A stretch of 63,876 nt of DNA, filler included, from Candidatus Tectimicrobiota bacterium (GCA_016193065.1; 10 parts of 10 records of this genome joined end to end with filler, not necessarily neighbours in it), one strand, 5' to 3'; positions 1 to 11,410 are shown, counted from the whole stretch's first letter. Notes: generated from the letters alone by a model not told the origin. Translations and numbers: made by a program.

Positions 1-435
1 CGGGCACTTCTTGTAGTAGGCAGGGTGACGGCTGGTAGGGGAATCACCTGATGGAGACTTATAAGGAGACCAGCACCGCATCGGCTTTAAACCTCCAATA
101 GACTTCCGGGCAATGATGTTTCCCTGTGAATCATCCGAGAACCAGCATTCTCAACCTCAGCGACATTATACAACAATAAAGAAAGCTGCAACAAAAAAGC
201 AGAAGGAACGGGCTTCCTCATCCCTCCTTCGATCGGTCCTGCGATGGATCTCCCGTCGGCGGCCCGGAGAATTCGAATGAAGAGCGGCGCTCCCGCGCTT
301 GCGGTGACTCTTGAACGGCGCGGCCGGGATCGTTGTTCCCGGAGCGTCCGCGAGCAGGAGAATTCACGGCGAAGATCCGGGAGAGGAGACCCCGGGGAGA
401 GGAAATTACTGTCCCCTCCCCGGGAGCGGTGGGAT

Positions 436-1811
436 TCAAGGGACCCGGATCGATTGCGGGGACAGAACGGGCACGGACGCCGGTTGAGGGCTGGGAAGGC
501 CGACTCCGGAGGGATGCCTGCCGATGGTAACCGGCTGAAAATCGGGATAGGCCGAAGCTCCGTGCTCGCCCAGATCCAGCCCCCCGAATTCTTCCTCGGG
601 ACTCACCCGCAATCCAAGAGTGATCTGGAGCAGCTTAAAGAGGAGTAGTCCGGAAGCCATGGCTGTGACAAACACTGCAAGAACTCCCACCCCCTGGATC
701 GTGAGGAACCGCAGGGCGGCAGCGGAGTCGGCGGCATAAAAAAGCCCCTTTTCCGCATGGAAGAATCCCAGCAGGATCGTCCCCAGTGCCCCGCAAACGC
801 CGTGGACCGAGATGGCGCCGACCGGGTCATCGATGCCCCGGCGCTCGAAAAACAACACGCCGTAAACCACGGCGGTTCCGGAGAGCAACCCGATGATCAC
901 GGCAGCAAGGGGCGTGACGAAAAAGGCGCTGGCCGTGATTCCGACCAGGCCGGCAAGCGCGCCGTTCAGGGTCATGCCGACGTCGGGCTTCTTGAACCTC
1001 GCCCAGGCCACTGCCATGGCGGCGATGGCGCCGGCCGCCGCGGCGATATTCGTGGTAACCGCGGTGATGGCGATTCCCGCAGCGTCCGCGGCCATGGTAC
1101 TGCCCGGATTAAATCCAAACCACCCATGCGAGGCCCCAATAGGAGAACTCCCGACAGAGCGATCCAGCCCCCCACGGAGTGGACGACGGTAGAGCCGGCA
1201 AAATCCAGCATGCCGAGACTGGCGAGCCAGCCTCCTCCCCAGATCCAGTGCCCGATGACGGGGTAGATGAGCAGACTGATCACAAAACTATAGATCAGAT
1301 ACGCTCCGAACTTCGTGCGCTCGGCCATCGCTCCGGAAACGATGGTGGCCGCCGTGCCGGCAAAAACCAGCTGGAAGAACCATGCTCCCAGGGTCGGGAC
1401 GCTGGTCCAACCCAGGGAGCTGTAAAGATCGCCGGTTCCGGCCGCCGTAAAGAAACCGGTGAGGCCGAACAGCGCGTTGCCGTTACCGAACATCAGGCCG
1501 AAGCCGATGGCCCAGTAGGCGAGGGAGCTCATGCAGAAATCCAGAAAGTTCTTCATCATGATGTTGACCGTGTTCTTGGCCCGGGTGAACCCTGCCTCCA
1601 CGCAGGCAAATCCCGCCTGCATGAAGAAAACCAGTACCGCGGTCAGGACGACCCAGACCGTGTCCATGGCAAACTTTCCCGCCTCGACCGCTTTCCCGTC
1701 GATCTTCCCGTCCAGGGCCAGCGCCAGAACAGGGTGCAAAACAACGGCGCCAATGCCCAGAATCAACACGATGCTTAACTGGAGCTTCCAGTCCATCTTT
1801 CTCGTCATCAC
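436..1811 (-). pseudogene. amtB: Ammonium transporter AmtB, split by an internal deletion/frameshift near 1125 (possibly assembly artefact)
   Basis: N-half ORF 972..1811 has FFMQAGFACVEAG, FQLVFAGTAATIVSGAMAER, DFAGSTVVH; C-half frame has GWFGFNPGST, NGALAGLVGITA, DDPVGAISVHGVCG; downstream of a PII gene. Confidence 0.92.
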
Positions 1812-1831
1812 CTCATCACCTCCTGTTGATC

Positions 1832-2356
<525 letters not shown>

Positions 2357-2713
2357 TTAGAAAAAAATGGCTGCGTAAGCTGTAATCACGGTTGCTCCCG
2401 CGAAGTGGGAAGGATGATTCTCAATCCTGGCGCCCGGGTACGAGGGGAAAGGAGTTTAAGGTAAACCGGGAGAAGATTTGGGTGCTGTCGCGCTGCCAGA
2501 AAGCGGAAAGGAACGTTCGTGGAGGATTACCCTAAGGTTTATCTGCTGAGGGCGGGACGGGCGATCCCCTCCCTCCGAAAAAATGCTTCTGCATGGAATC
2601 TTCAGGTGGAAGCGTTTACGATTCTCTTGCCTGCAGGCTTTCCCCTTTTTCGAATGAATAGGGCAGCACCCTGCGGGGAAAAAAACGCCGTTACGAACTG
2701 GAAACTTTGAGGG

Positions 2714-3013
2714 CTATCCTCCCACCAGTTCGTAGGTTTTTACCGTTGCGGCCATTCCGGTAGCGCCTCGCGTGTGCCGCTTGATCTCCTCATGCTCGGG
2801 GCTAGTCCGATAGGCATCGATGGCCTGCTGGCTTTCCCACTCTGAGACCGAGATGTACTCACCCGGGTCCTCCCGACAGCGCAGGAGTTCCTCGCGCAGG
2901 CAGCCCGGCCGCTTGATCATCAGCGGGCCGCACTCCTGCTTCCACAGTCGCTCGATCTCGGCGGCCTTTTCCGGTGAGGCTTTGACAACAATGAATCGCA
3001 GGATGTTCGACAT
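2714..3013 (-). CDS. Antibiotic biosynthesis monooxygenase (ABM)-domain protein
   Basis: 99 aa with PGCLREELLR...EYISVSEWESQQAIDAYRTSPEH; GAGGAGG RBS. Confidence 0.8.
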   Translation of the reverse strand: MSNILRFIVVKASPEKAAEIERLWKQECGPLMIKRPGCLREELLRCREDPGEYISVSEWESQQAIDAYRTSPEHEEIKRHTRGATGMAATVKTYELVGG

Positions 3014-3287
3014 GGCGCACCTCCTCGCGATAAGAACTTGGCGGGAATTTCCCATCGGTTGGTCACCCCGCCCCCTGCGGGATAACTATGAAGAGGATAT
3101 GCACCCGCTGCTCCTAGTGTCAAGGGGCTGGCGAGGGTTTTCCAAAAGCCGCCCGGCTCCCGAAATCAACTGGGGCGGACTTTGCAGCCTCAAAAGGGGT
3201 TGCCCTTAGCAGCAGGAAAGCCTTAGAATAAAACGAACCTCAGTTCGAACCATACCTCTGGCTTTGTGATTCGGTTGGAGAAGCACG

Positions 3288-4440
3288 ATGAGCACAGTTT
3301 TACCCGGTCTCCCGGGCCGTCACGAGCTTCGATTTTGGATCCCACCGCACCCAAACGGTTTGCCTCCTGGACCGGTCCTGGAGACTCCGGCAGGAGCACC
3401 GGCCGTTGCCGCGATGTCCGCAGAGCCCCTGGCTAGATCGGGTGGTGGCTCAGGGAGCGCTCAACTTGTAGGCTACCGGATCCGAGCGTCCGGCCTTGAG
3501 GCCGACCGTCCGCACAGGCTGCGGGTCACTTTCTCCGGAAGTGGAGACGTCTGGACTTCCACGGTAGTGAGAACTTTGCCGGACCGCATGGGGGACAGCT
3601 TCACCATGGCGGTGGGCTCGTGTTACTCGCTTGCGGAGGACCGGGGCCAGATTGAGACTGCGTATCCTCCGGATCCGTTCCGGCTCGAAGACACGGCAAT
3701 CCGGCTTCGATTTCTGACCGGGGATCAGGAATCCCCCAAACCCGTGGGAAGTTTACCGCAAACATTGGGATCCCCGGGGTCGTGCCGGCTATTTCCGGTT
3801 CCTGGCGGCAACACCCACCGGGTACCTCGCCGATGATCACGAGTACTGGAATGATTTTCCACATAAGAGCATCTGGTTAACCTGGACGGGTGGCGGCATG
3901 TCCAATCCCGTGGGCCGGGCGGCCGACGAGGCTTTCGAGCTCTACCAGGCCGCCCTGAATCCTGCTCCCGGAGAGGAGGGGAGCCTTCCTCTTGCAGCGA
4001 GGCAGTTCTGCCGCTCTTTTCAGTTCGCTGTTCCCCCTCTGTCGTTTTTCGTATTGGACTCCCGAACGGGCCGCACATTCTACACAGACAAGAATCCCGG
4101 CTTCATACGGCAGACCCTTCGACCGGGTACCCGGCTTCCGGGTGCAGGACAGGCGGCCGGGGCAAAACCGGAACTGGACGCTCTGCGCGCCTGGGTTCAG
4201 GGACTGGAGGGTCCCGGCATCCTGATCGTTTCCCAACCGTTGGTGGAAACCCCGGCTTCCAGTTTCACCCGGTTCTTCCACTCGATGGGGGATCTGAACC
4301 TGCCGGACTATGGCCGGGATTACCTGGATGTGTGGCAGGCCATTCTGAGAAGCAGCCACAATGTTCTTGTCTTGACGGGGGATATCCACTGCAGCCGCCT
4401 GACCCGCGTGCAGCCTGTGGGCGTGCCGGGGGCCTCGGGA
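3288..4440 (+). pseudogene. PhoD-like metallophosphatase, frameshifted/deleted near 3730 and truncated by the contig end
   Basis: GSC and GDQ in the first frame; second frame gives DDHEYWNDFP, LDSRTGR and LTGDIH. Confidence 0.7.
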
Positions 4441-4540
4441 NNNNNNNNNNNNNNNNNNNNNNNNNNNNNNNNNNNNNNNNNNNNTTAATTAATTAANNNN
4501 NNNNNNNNNNNNNNNNNNNNNNNNNNNNNNNNNNNNNNNN
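4441..4540. other. Artificial contig linker (N44-TTAATTAATTAA-N44); same linker at 11179-11278, 24193-24292, 28348-28447, 35685-35784, 43540-43639, 47422-47521, 51941-52040, 60403-60502
   Basis: Identical 100-nt spacers carrying stop codons in all six frames; genes are truncated at them. Confidence 0.98.
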
Positions 4541-4654
4541 CCTCCTTTCCTGGCAAATAGGTGCGGCCCGGGCGCGAGGATCTAGGAAGTCGCTCGTTTT
4601 CGCGGAAAGTCTTGAGGAGAAATGGTGGAAGGCCGGAACAGAGTGAGCCGGAGG

Positions 4655-4696
4655 CCAAAAAAGAAGAGGGGAGGGAAAGTGTTTTCCCTCCCCTCT
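4655..4696 (-). terminator. Rho-independent terminator after pal
   Basis: AGAGGGGAGGGAAA/TTTCCCTCCCCTCT stem followed by a U-rich tract on the minus strand. Confidence 0.75.
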
Positions 4697-4703
4697 GGAG
4701 CGT

Positions 4704-5261
4704 TTAGTTGGCTTGTTCTGAAAATTCAGCGCGCCGGTTTTTGGACCAGATCGCCTCAGTGTGCCCCTCGACCAGGGGGCGCTCTTCACCATAGCTGATC
4801 GTATAGATGCGGGAGGGATCCACGCCAAGAGACATGACGAAGTCCCGGGTGGCCAGAGCCCGCTCTTCGCCCAGGGAGAGGTTATACTCCATCGTGCCGC
4901 GCTCGTCCGCGTGCCCTTCGATGCGGATCACGAGCTTAGGATTTTGTTTGAGCCAATCCGCATTTTTCCTGAGGACTTCTTTGGACTCTTCCGTCAGTTG
5001 GGCTTTGTCGTATTCAAAGTAGATCCTCTGCAAGGATCCGCTTTCCACAAAAACGAGGCCGCGGCCGCCTCCCATTGTGCGGCTGCCGTCGGATTCGAAA
5101 CTCCTGCCGCTGCCGTCGGATTCGAGACTCCTGCCGCTGCCCCACGAGTCCTGATCCCCCATAGTGCCGCCGCGCTTTGCCTGAATCGAGGTGCTGCTGC
5201 AGCCCGCAGCCAGGACCAGGACTCCCACGATTGCCATCAACCAAAACATTCTTCTCTTCAT
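4704..5261 (-). CDS. pal: Peptidoglycan-associated lipoprotein Pal
   Basis: Lipobox LAAGC; IYFEYDK, IEGHADERGTMEYNLSLGEERA, SYGEERP, NRRAEF; follows tolB. Confidence 0.95.
   Translation of the reverse strand: MKRRMFWLMAIVGVLVLAAGCSSTSIQAKRGGTMGDQDSWGSGRSLESDGSGRSFESDGSRTMGGGRGLVFVESGSLQRIYFEYDKAQLTEESKEVLRKNADWLKQNPKLVIRIEGHADERGTMEYNLSLGEERALATRDFVMSLGVDPSRIYTISYGEERPLVEGHTEAIWSKNRRAEFSEQAN
5082..5141. repeat. 27-bp tandem duplication inside the pal linker
   Basis: GCTGCCGTCGGATTCGA(A/G)ACTCCTGCC twice plus a partial third unit; encodes SGRSLESDG-SGRSFESDG. Confidence 0.9.
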
Positions 5262-5302
5262 CTCTACCTCCTCCTATGTTGAGTTTCGGACTTGTTTGTT
5301 TC

Positions 5303-6582
5303 TTAACGACTCGCCGCCATTCCTCCTTTCCGGTCGCTAGGTTTGTCCGGGACGCCCTTTAGGGCATGCTCGCTGGAAACGGCCCGCGGAGACCAGACCG
5401 GGCTTGTCGCCCTACGCGTGTAGGTCAAGCGCCGGATTCCGGAGCCGTCCATGTGCATTACATAGATGTCTGGACCACCCGATCTGGTGGAGCTGAAGAC
5501 GATGTGGCGTCCATCGGGCGACCAGCTCGGGTGCTCGTTGTTCCCTGCTCTGGAGGTAAGTTGGAAAAGCTCCCCGCTTTTCATATCCAGGACAAAGATG
5601 TCAAAGAACCCTTGCTTGCGCATGGAAAGGGCAATGCGATCTCCCCGCGGCGACCACACGGCCAGGTCGGCATAGTTCGTCCCCCGGGTGAGCCGGCGGA
5701 CTCCCTTGCCGGAGACATCCATGACATAAATCTGGGGTGAGCCTTCCCGGTCGGAGGTGAAAACAATTTCCCTGCCGCTGGGGGACCAGCTTGGCGAGGT
5801 ATTGATCCCGGGTGAGTCCGTGAGCTTCTTTGCGTTCTTGCCGCCGGCCTCCATCGTATAGATCTCGGAATTGCCGTCGCGGGACAGGACCAGGGCCAGG
5901 CGCTTGCCGTCCGGAGACCAGGCCGGCGAGGCGTTGAGGCCCGGTTTGGCGGAGAGAAGCAGTTTCTTTCCGGAGGCCAGATCCAGATGGTAGAGATCCG
6001 GGTTTCCCGCGGAATAGCTCGTGTACGTCACCCCTTTGCCGTCAGGGGACCACACCGGAGTCAATAGGATGCTTCTCTCGGAGGTTACCTGCCGTGGGGC
6101 ATGGCCGTCGTAGTCCATGATGATCAGCTCTTTCTTCCCGCCTCCTGTTCCGTTCAGAAAGGCGATCTCGCTTTGGGCCACTCCTGCCTCCCCGGTCAGT
6201 TGCAGGACGAGATCGTCCGCGAAGCGGTGCATGAGATAGCGGTCCCCGTCCGGTGTGCTGTCATAAGCTTTGCGCAGAATCACTCTTCCGGAGCGCACGT
6301 CGAACAGGTGACCTTCAAAAACCAGCAAGCCGGCAGTTTGCTTCATTTCTCCCTTGATCAAGAGATCGGCCCCCAGGGCGGTCCATTCCCCTTCTCGAGG
6401 GGATCCTCGCTTCGCAGCGCAGCCGGAGCGGGCAAGCCAGGGGCAAATGGGGCGACGGCGATCTTCAGGCGGTAGGCTGTCTCCCCGCGCAGCCTCAGGT
6501 ACACGTTGGTTTCCCCCGACGCGGCGGAGGTCCCGGTCAGAATCAAGAGCGCGGTTAAGAAGGTGGCGAAACGACGGTTCAT
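5303..6582 (-). pseudogene. tolB: TolB beta-propeller protein with deletion/frameshift near 6390 (possibly artefact)
   Basis: Signal peptide MNRRFAT and KIAVAPF in one frame; WTALGAD, HRFADD and repeated PxWSPDG (PD40) motifs in another. Confidence 0.9.
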
Positions 6583-6592
6583 AGCGCACCCC

Positions 6593-7393
6593 TTACATGG
6601 TTGAAGGGAGTTCAAAGAGAAAGTGAACCCCCAGGGAGTCATCCGTGAAGTCCTCGGGGAGAGGCGGAAACGGGGTTCCTGCGGTCACTGCCCTCATGGC
6701 GGTTCGGTTCAGGGCGGCAGAGGAAGCCGGTTCCTCGATTTGCACGTCCTTCAGTGCCCCGTTTTTCAGGATCCGGAAGAAAACGGTGACCTTTTCTCCT
6801 GCCATCTCCTTGCCCAGAGGACCGGGGTCCCAGTTCTCGCTGATGCGGCGGTGCAAGAGGACCAGGTAGTAGCCGAAGGGAAAGTTGGCTGCATCCAGGG
6901 ATAGCCCGGAAGATGTCGGGAGCCCCGCCAAGGCCGCGCCGGTCGTTCCCGGGGGAAGTGCGCGCGATTCCTGACCGGAGTCCTTCTGGGTGGTTTCTTG
7001 ATTGGCGGCTTTCTCTTCGGGTTTGGGCAGCGCCGGCTTCACAATCTCTGCGGGCTTGACGGCACTGGCGGCTGCTACGGGCTGGGGCAATTCCGCGGGA
7101 TCCGGCTTGGATTTCTCTGCTTCGGGCGTCGATTTGCTGGGCGCGGTCGGACTCTTTTTCCCCGCCGTTTGAAATTTTTTGCCGAGCCGGGCCCGATCTG
7201 CCGCGAAGATGTCCAGGGCCGCAACCAGGTTGACCGTGGTGACGGGGCTGAAGATGAGACGGCGGGGATGGGCGCTTAGTGATAGAACGGCGACCCCCGT
7301 CAAGAGGGTCAGGTGAGTGGCCAGAGAGGCGACGAAGGACCCCTTCAGGCTCCAGACTTCCCGGCTGTCCAGATGAGCTATGGGCAGTGCCAT
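6593..7393 (-). CDS. tolA: TolA/TonB family protein
   Basis: N-terminal TM helix with SLATH, Pro/Lys/Ala-rich linker, TonB_C-like end (PFPPLP); between tolR and tolB. Confidence 0.8.
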   Translation of the reverse strand: MALPIAHLDSREVWSLKGSFVASLATHLTLLTGVAVLSLSAHPRRLIFSPVTTVNLVAALDIFAADRARLGKKFQTAGKKSPTAPSKSTPEAEKSKPDPAELPQPVAAASAVKPAEIVKPALPKPEEKAANQETTQKDSGQESRALPPGTTGAALAGLPTSSGLSLDAANFPFGYYLVLLHRRISENWDPGPLGKEMAGEKVTVFFRILKNGALKDVQIEEPASSAALNRTAMRAVTAGTPFPPLPEDFTDDSLGVHFLFELPSTM

Positions 7394-7416
7394 GGCTGCT
7401 CTCCTGCAAAAACTGG

Positions 7417-7827
7417 TCAGCGCCCCAGGCCGGGCTCGGTTACGACCCCGAGCTTGCTGATTCCCGCAGCCTTTACCTTGACCATGATGGTTGCCACGGT
7501 TCCATAGGGGACCCGCTCGTCCGCTCTCAGATAAACCGGTTGATCGGTCTTGCCGAAGGCGCGCAGGGCCAGATCGAGTTCCGAGAGCGTGAGCCTTCGT
7601 TTGTTCAAATAAATTCTCTCGTCCCGGGAGACGGTGATCACAAGATGTTTGTCCATGCTCACTTTGGGTGTATTTCCGCGGGGAAGCTGTACGTCAATTT
7701 CCGGTTCCATAAGGGGAACTGTAACCATGAAGATGATCAGGAGAACCAGCATCACGTCGACCAGGGGGGTGACATTGATTTCGCCGAGGAGCCGCCTCCT
7801 CGACGATCTCCCCCCGAGGGTTACCAT
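7417..7827 (-). CDS. tolR: TolR/ExbD
   Basis: EINVTPLVDVMLVLLIIFMVT, LRADERVPYG. Confidence 0.93.
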   Translation of the reverse strand: MVTLGGRSSRRRLLGEINVTPLVDVMLVLLIIFMVTVPLMEPEIDVQLPRGNTPKVSMDKHLVITVSRDERIYLNKRRLTLSELDLALRAFGKTDQPVYLRADERVPYGTVATIMVKVKAAGISKLGVVTEPGLGR

Positions 7828-8657
7828 TCCATTCTCCTTTCAGGCTTGCTGGGAGGGGAGGGGTGCTTCCACTCCGGGTCTCCCGCATCTTCCCGGTCTG
7901 CGCGCCGCCTCCGCCGGCCGTTGCCCGGCGGCCAGTAGGTGGTTTTGTCCACGGGGGCCTCGACGGGGCTCCCGACCGGCTGAGGTCCGTATTCCATGAG
8001 AAGCTCGGCGGCCAGGTCCCGCAGTTCCCCCTCCACGGTTTCAATCCAGCGGCTGAAGAAGTTGTAGGCCATCACAGCGGGGATGGCGGCTGCCAGGCCA
8101 GCTGCTGTGGCGATGAGAGCTTCCGCAATCCCCGGGGCTACGGTGGCCAGGCTGGCGGATCCACGCATGCTGATGCCGTTGAAAGCGTTCATGATCCCCC
8201 AGACCGTCCCGAAGAGCCCGATGAACGGCGTCGTACTGCCGGCGGTGGCTAGAAACCCCAGATAGCCTTCCAGCTTGCGGACCTCAAGGCTTACCGTCTT
8301 GAAAAGGAGATGTTCGAGGCGGCGGAAGGAGGCTTCCTGTTGAATTCCTGTCGAAAGGGCCCGGATCATCTGGGCTTCCGGAGATACGGGAAACTGGCTA
8401 CAGCGTGAGGATAGAGAGTCAAGATCCCCGTCTTCACACAAATACGTGGAAATCTCAATGGAGGATTTGCGCAAGTGTCGGTAAAGGCGCCACTTCTGGT
8501 AGATAATTGCCCAGGTCCCCACCGAAAATAAAAAGAGAACGGCAAGCACCACGAGGGAGACAGGTCCAAGTTGGAGGATTTGCTTTAACGAATTGACCTG
8601 TAATGGGTTATCTTGCACCGGCAGGCTCACCATGCCGGCTAGAAAGGCGAGGTTCAT
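7821..8657 (-). CDS. tolQ: TolQ/ExbB
   Basis: LATAGSTTPFIGLFGTVWGIM, APGIAEALIATAAGLAAAIPAVMAYN. Confidence 0.93.
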   Translation of the reverse strand: MNLAFLAGMVSLPVQDNPLQVNSLKQILQLGPVSLVVLAVLFLFSVGTWAIIYQKWRLYRHLRKSSIEISTYLCEDGDLDSLSSRCSQFPVSPEAQMIRALSTGIQQEASFRRLEHLLFKTVSLEVRKLEGYLGFLATAGSTTPFIGLFGTVWGIMNAFNGISMRGSASLATVAPGIAEALIATAAGLAAAIPAVMAYNFFSRWIETVEGELRDLAAELLMEYGPQPVGSPVEAPVDKTTYWPPGNGRRRRRADREDAGDPEWKHPSPPSKPERRMEW

Positions 8658-8811
8658 GGGCGCTCCTTATGTCCATTTCGATCCACGAGGAGCGTAACGG
8701 CACAGGGGGGGGTGGCTTTAGGTGAAAATTGGCGGGTAAGAAAAGCTGGAAGAGGGTGGAAATGCTGGGGGAGGAGCTGTCGGACTCCTCCCCCGGCAGT
8801 CTATTGCCCGA

Positions 8812-9072
8812 CTACTTCTTGACCCCAAGCATCTTTAGTGCTTCGTTGACCTTGTCGATGGAGGCTTGGTGCTGGCCTTTGCCGTGGAGATCCTGGGCTT
8901 CGGCGACCATTTTTTCAATACTGTCCTTGTCCGCCTTGGCCAGGGCGGATTTGCCCAGAGCTTCTCTGGCCTGCCGGATCAGGCCGGGGCACTGGAAGGC
9001 CATGGCGGTGGACACTGCGAAGATGAGAGTGACTGCGCCGAGAACAGAGGCGGAAAACAGTTTCTTGAGCAT
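8812..9072 (-). CDS. Small exported helical protein of unknown function
   Basis: Signal peptide ending AMA|FQCP, helical body with LHxxGxH; RBS and downstream hairpin at about 8764-8797. Confidence 0.8.
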   Translation of the reverse strand: MLKKLFSASVLGAVTLIFAVSTAMAFQCPGLIRQAREALGKSALAKADKDSIEKMVAEAQDLHGKGQHQASIDKVNEALKMLGVKK

Positions 9073-9260
9073 TTGCTACCCCCTCCTAGTGGTTGTGTTT
9101 CAAGATGAGCCCGAATCGGGCTTTCCCCATGTTAACAAGGGAGCCCAGAGGAGGGTTCCCCAAAATTAATGACCGTGGACCCGGAGTCCCGGAAATATCT
9201 ATAATAAGGAATAGACCATGGGTGGCCCGGGGCAGTCCTGGGGGTAGCCTGAGAATGTGG

Positions 9261-10040
9261 ATGATGAAAAGACTCGGCATTCTGGCTCTTGTTGTGGTCC
9301 TGGCGGTTTTGGCCGGTTGCCAGACCGTGCCCGTTACCGGGCGATCCCAACTCATGCTCATTTCCGAAGAGCAAGAAATTGGATTGGGCCGGGCGGCCTG
9401 GAAAGAATTCCTGAAAAAGGCCAAGATCTCGACTGACCCAAAGGCTAATGAGCTGGTCCAGCGGGTCGGGGCGAGAATCGCGGCGATCACGGGAAAGAAT
9501 AATTACCAGTGGGAATTTAAGGTAGTGGCGGACGATAAGGCCATCAATGCCTTCGCGCTTCCCGGTGGCAAGGTGGCGGTCTACACGGGGATTCTACCTG
9601 TGACGAGGGACGAGGTTGGCTTAGCTACCGTGATCGGGCACGAGGTGGCCCATGCCATTGCCCGCCACGGTGGAGAGCGGATGAGCCAGGGGCTCCTGGT
9701 TCAACTGGGCGCCGTTGGTCTCAGCGCGGCTGTCGGGCGGGGGGATCCGCAGACCGTGGACAAGGTGAACCAGGCCTTCGGGATCGGAGTCGGTGTGGGG
9801 TTTATCCTGCCCTTCAGCCGCGCTCACGAATCGGAGGCGGATCATCTGGGGCTGATTTACATGGCCAAGGCCGGATACGATCCCCGTGAGGCTATTGGCT
9901 TCTGGCAAAGGATGGAAGCCGCCAGCAAGGGCAAATCGAGACCTCCCGAATTTCTCTCCACCCACCCGAGCTCCCAGACTCGCATCGAGCAAATTCGAGC
10001 TTGGCTGCCCGAAGCCCTGAAGTACTACCAGGGAAGCTGA
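9261..10040 (+). CDS. M48 family zinc metallopeptidase lipoprotein
   Basis: Lipobox LAGC, NAFALPGG, HEVAH, ESEAD, FLSTHP. Confidence 0.93.
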   Translation: MMKRLGILALVVVLAVLAGCQTVPVTGRSQLMLISEEQEIGLGRAAWKEFLKKAKISTDPKANELVQRVGARIAAITGKNNYQWEFKVVADDKAINAFALPGGKVAVYTGILPVTRDEVGLATVIGHEVAHAIARHGGERMSQGLLVQLGAVGLSAAVGRGDPQTVDKVNQAFGIGVGVGFILPFSRAHESEADHLGLIYMAKAGYDPREAIGFWQRMEAASKGKSRPPEFLSTHPSSQTRIEQIRAWLPEALKYYQGS

Positions 10041-10127
10041 TTCTCTATCTCGGGATTCGCGCTCTGTCACTCCCGCCCTTGTATCGCAATTGCCGGAGAT
10101 AGCGACATCCGGAGGGATTCCCCTCAT

Positions 10128-10209
10128 GTAGGGGTACCCCTGCGCCGCCTATGCGTGCCTGCCTGTGCCGACACGGCAGACAGGTCCGCACGCAGACAGG
10201 TGGGTGCCC
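10128..10209 (+). repeat. GTAG-type REP carrying two nested CCTGCCT...AGACAGG hairpins (second copy at 51018-51100)
   Basis: GTAGGGGTACCCCTGCG[...]TGGGTGCCC with an inner 27-mer at 10158-10184. Confidence 0.85.
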
Positions 10210-10295
10210 TGTCATCCCGATTGACCCGAGCGGGTTCAAATGGTATGAAGGGTGCACGGGATGGAATCGTTTTTTCAAACAATGAGGAGGCAGGT

Positions 10296-11045
10296 ATGGC
10301 AACAGACTTAGGCACTCTTAAGAAACTTGTCGCCCAGGGCTCCCGGATTCTGGACGCAACGGGGGTCGTCGACGTCTTTGGCCATCTGAGCGTCCGGGTT
10401 CCTGACTCGGACCGCTTCTTGATCCCCAAGGCCATGAGCCCGGGACTGGTAACCCCGGCCGACGTGCTGACCATGAACTGGAACTGTGATGTCGTGGAGG
10501 GAGACGGGCCTCCCTTCATCGAGGCGGTGATTCACTCTTCCATCTACCAACTGCGGCCGGATGTCCAAGCGGTAGCTCATTTTCACTCGCCGATGGTCAT
10601 CGTTTTGACCATGGTCGGCAAAGAGGTCCGGCCGATTCCGGGATCCTCTTCGACCCGGCCTTTCCTGGAGGGCACGCCGATTTACGATGAGTTGACCCCG
10701 AGCATGGACACCCTGATCACCACCCGGGAGCAGGGGGAAAGCCTGGCCAGACGGCTGGGAACGCGCGCCGCCGTTCTTTTGCAGGGCCACGGCGCGGTGG
10801 TCGTGGGATCCAACGTTCAGGAGACCTGCCTGCGTTCCTCGAATTTGGAGCGCGCCGCCCAGCTCCAGGTATATGCGGAAATGATCGGAAGCCCCCGTTA
10901 TCTCTCCCCGCAGGAAGCCCAGAGGGCCCGGGAAATGTTGCGGCAGTCGAACCCCGCCGAGCGGAGCAACGGGCTGCAGCGGTTCTGGGACTATTACCTC
11001 AAGAAGAGCGGGTGGGAAGGGGGGAATGAAAGAGCACGTGTCTGA
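10296..11045 (+). CDS. Class II aldolase/adducin family protein
   Basis: GHLSVR, EAVIHSSIYQLRPDVQAVAHFHSP, LLQGHG; GAGGAGG RBS. Confidence 0.9.
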   Translation: MATDLGTLKKLVAQGSRILDATGVVDVFGHLSVRVPDSDRFLIPKAMSPGLVTPADVLTMNWNCDVVEGDGPPFIEAVIHSSIYQLRPDVQAVAHFHSPMVIVLTMVGKEVRPIPGSSSTRPFLEGTPIYDELTPSMDTLITTREQGESLARRLGTRAAVLLQGHGAVVVGSNVQETCLRSSNLERAAQLQVYAEMIGSPRYLSPQEAQRAREMLRQSNPAERSNGLQRFWDYYLKKSGWEGGNERARV

Positions 11046-11178
11046 AATCGTCCGCTTTGAGGATGTGGGGAAAGCCTTTCGGAAGAACGGGACCCCGCTC
11101 CCCGTGTTGGAAAACATCCGCGTTGGGGTGGAAGAGGGGACCTTCACCACGTTCATCGGCCCCAGCGGGTGCGGCAAG
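11026..11178 (+). CDS. ABC transporter ATP-binding protein (TauB/SsuB-like), 5' fragment
   Basis: Walker A GPSGCGK at the contig end. Confidence 0.8.
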
Positions 11179-11307
11179 NNNNNNNNNNNNNNNNNNNNNN
11201 NNNNNNNNNNNNNNNNNNNNNNTTAATTAATTAANNNNNNNNNNNNNNNNNNNNNNNNNNNNNNNNNNNNNNNNNNNNGCGCCCGACGAGGATCTACAGA
11301 CAAACTA

Positions 11308-11331
11308 GGGCGCGATAAATCGCGCCCCTAC
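11308..11331 (-). repeat. GTAG-type REP hairpin
   Basis: Minus strand GTAGGGGCGCGATTTATCGCGCCC. Confidence 0.8.
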
Positions 11332-11410
11332 ATCACCAATTTTTGATGCCTCCGCAATCAGCTGTCAGCTTGGGAAATTCCAGGTTTTCTGACAATCCTC
11401 CGGGTTTCAG

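Noticed and set aside
1-81. Possible gene start on the minus strand (MRCWSPYK...) with GGAGG RBS
   Set aside because: Only 27 codons visible and no recognisable motif
4441-4540. Recurring TTAATTAATTAA motif within N runs
   Set aside because: Artificial all-frame stop linker used to join contigs; not biological
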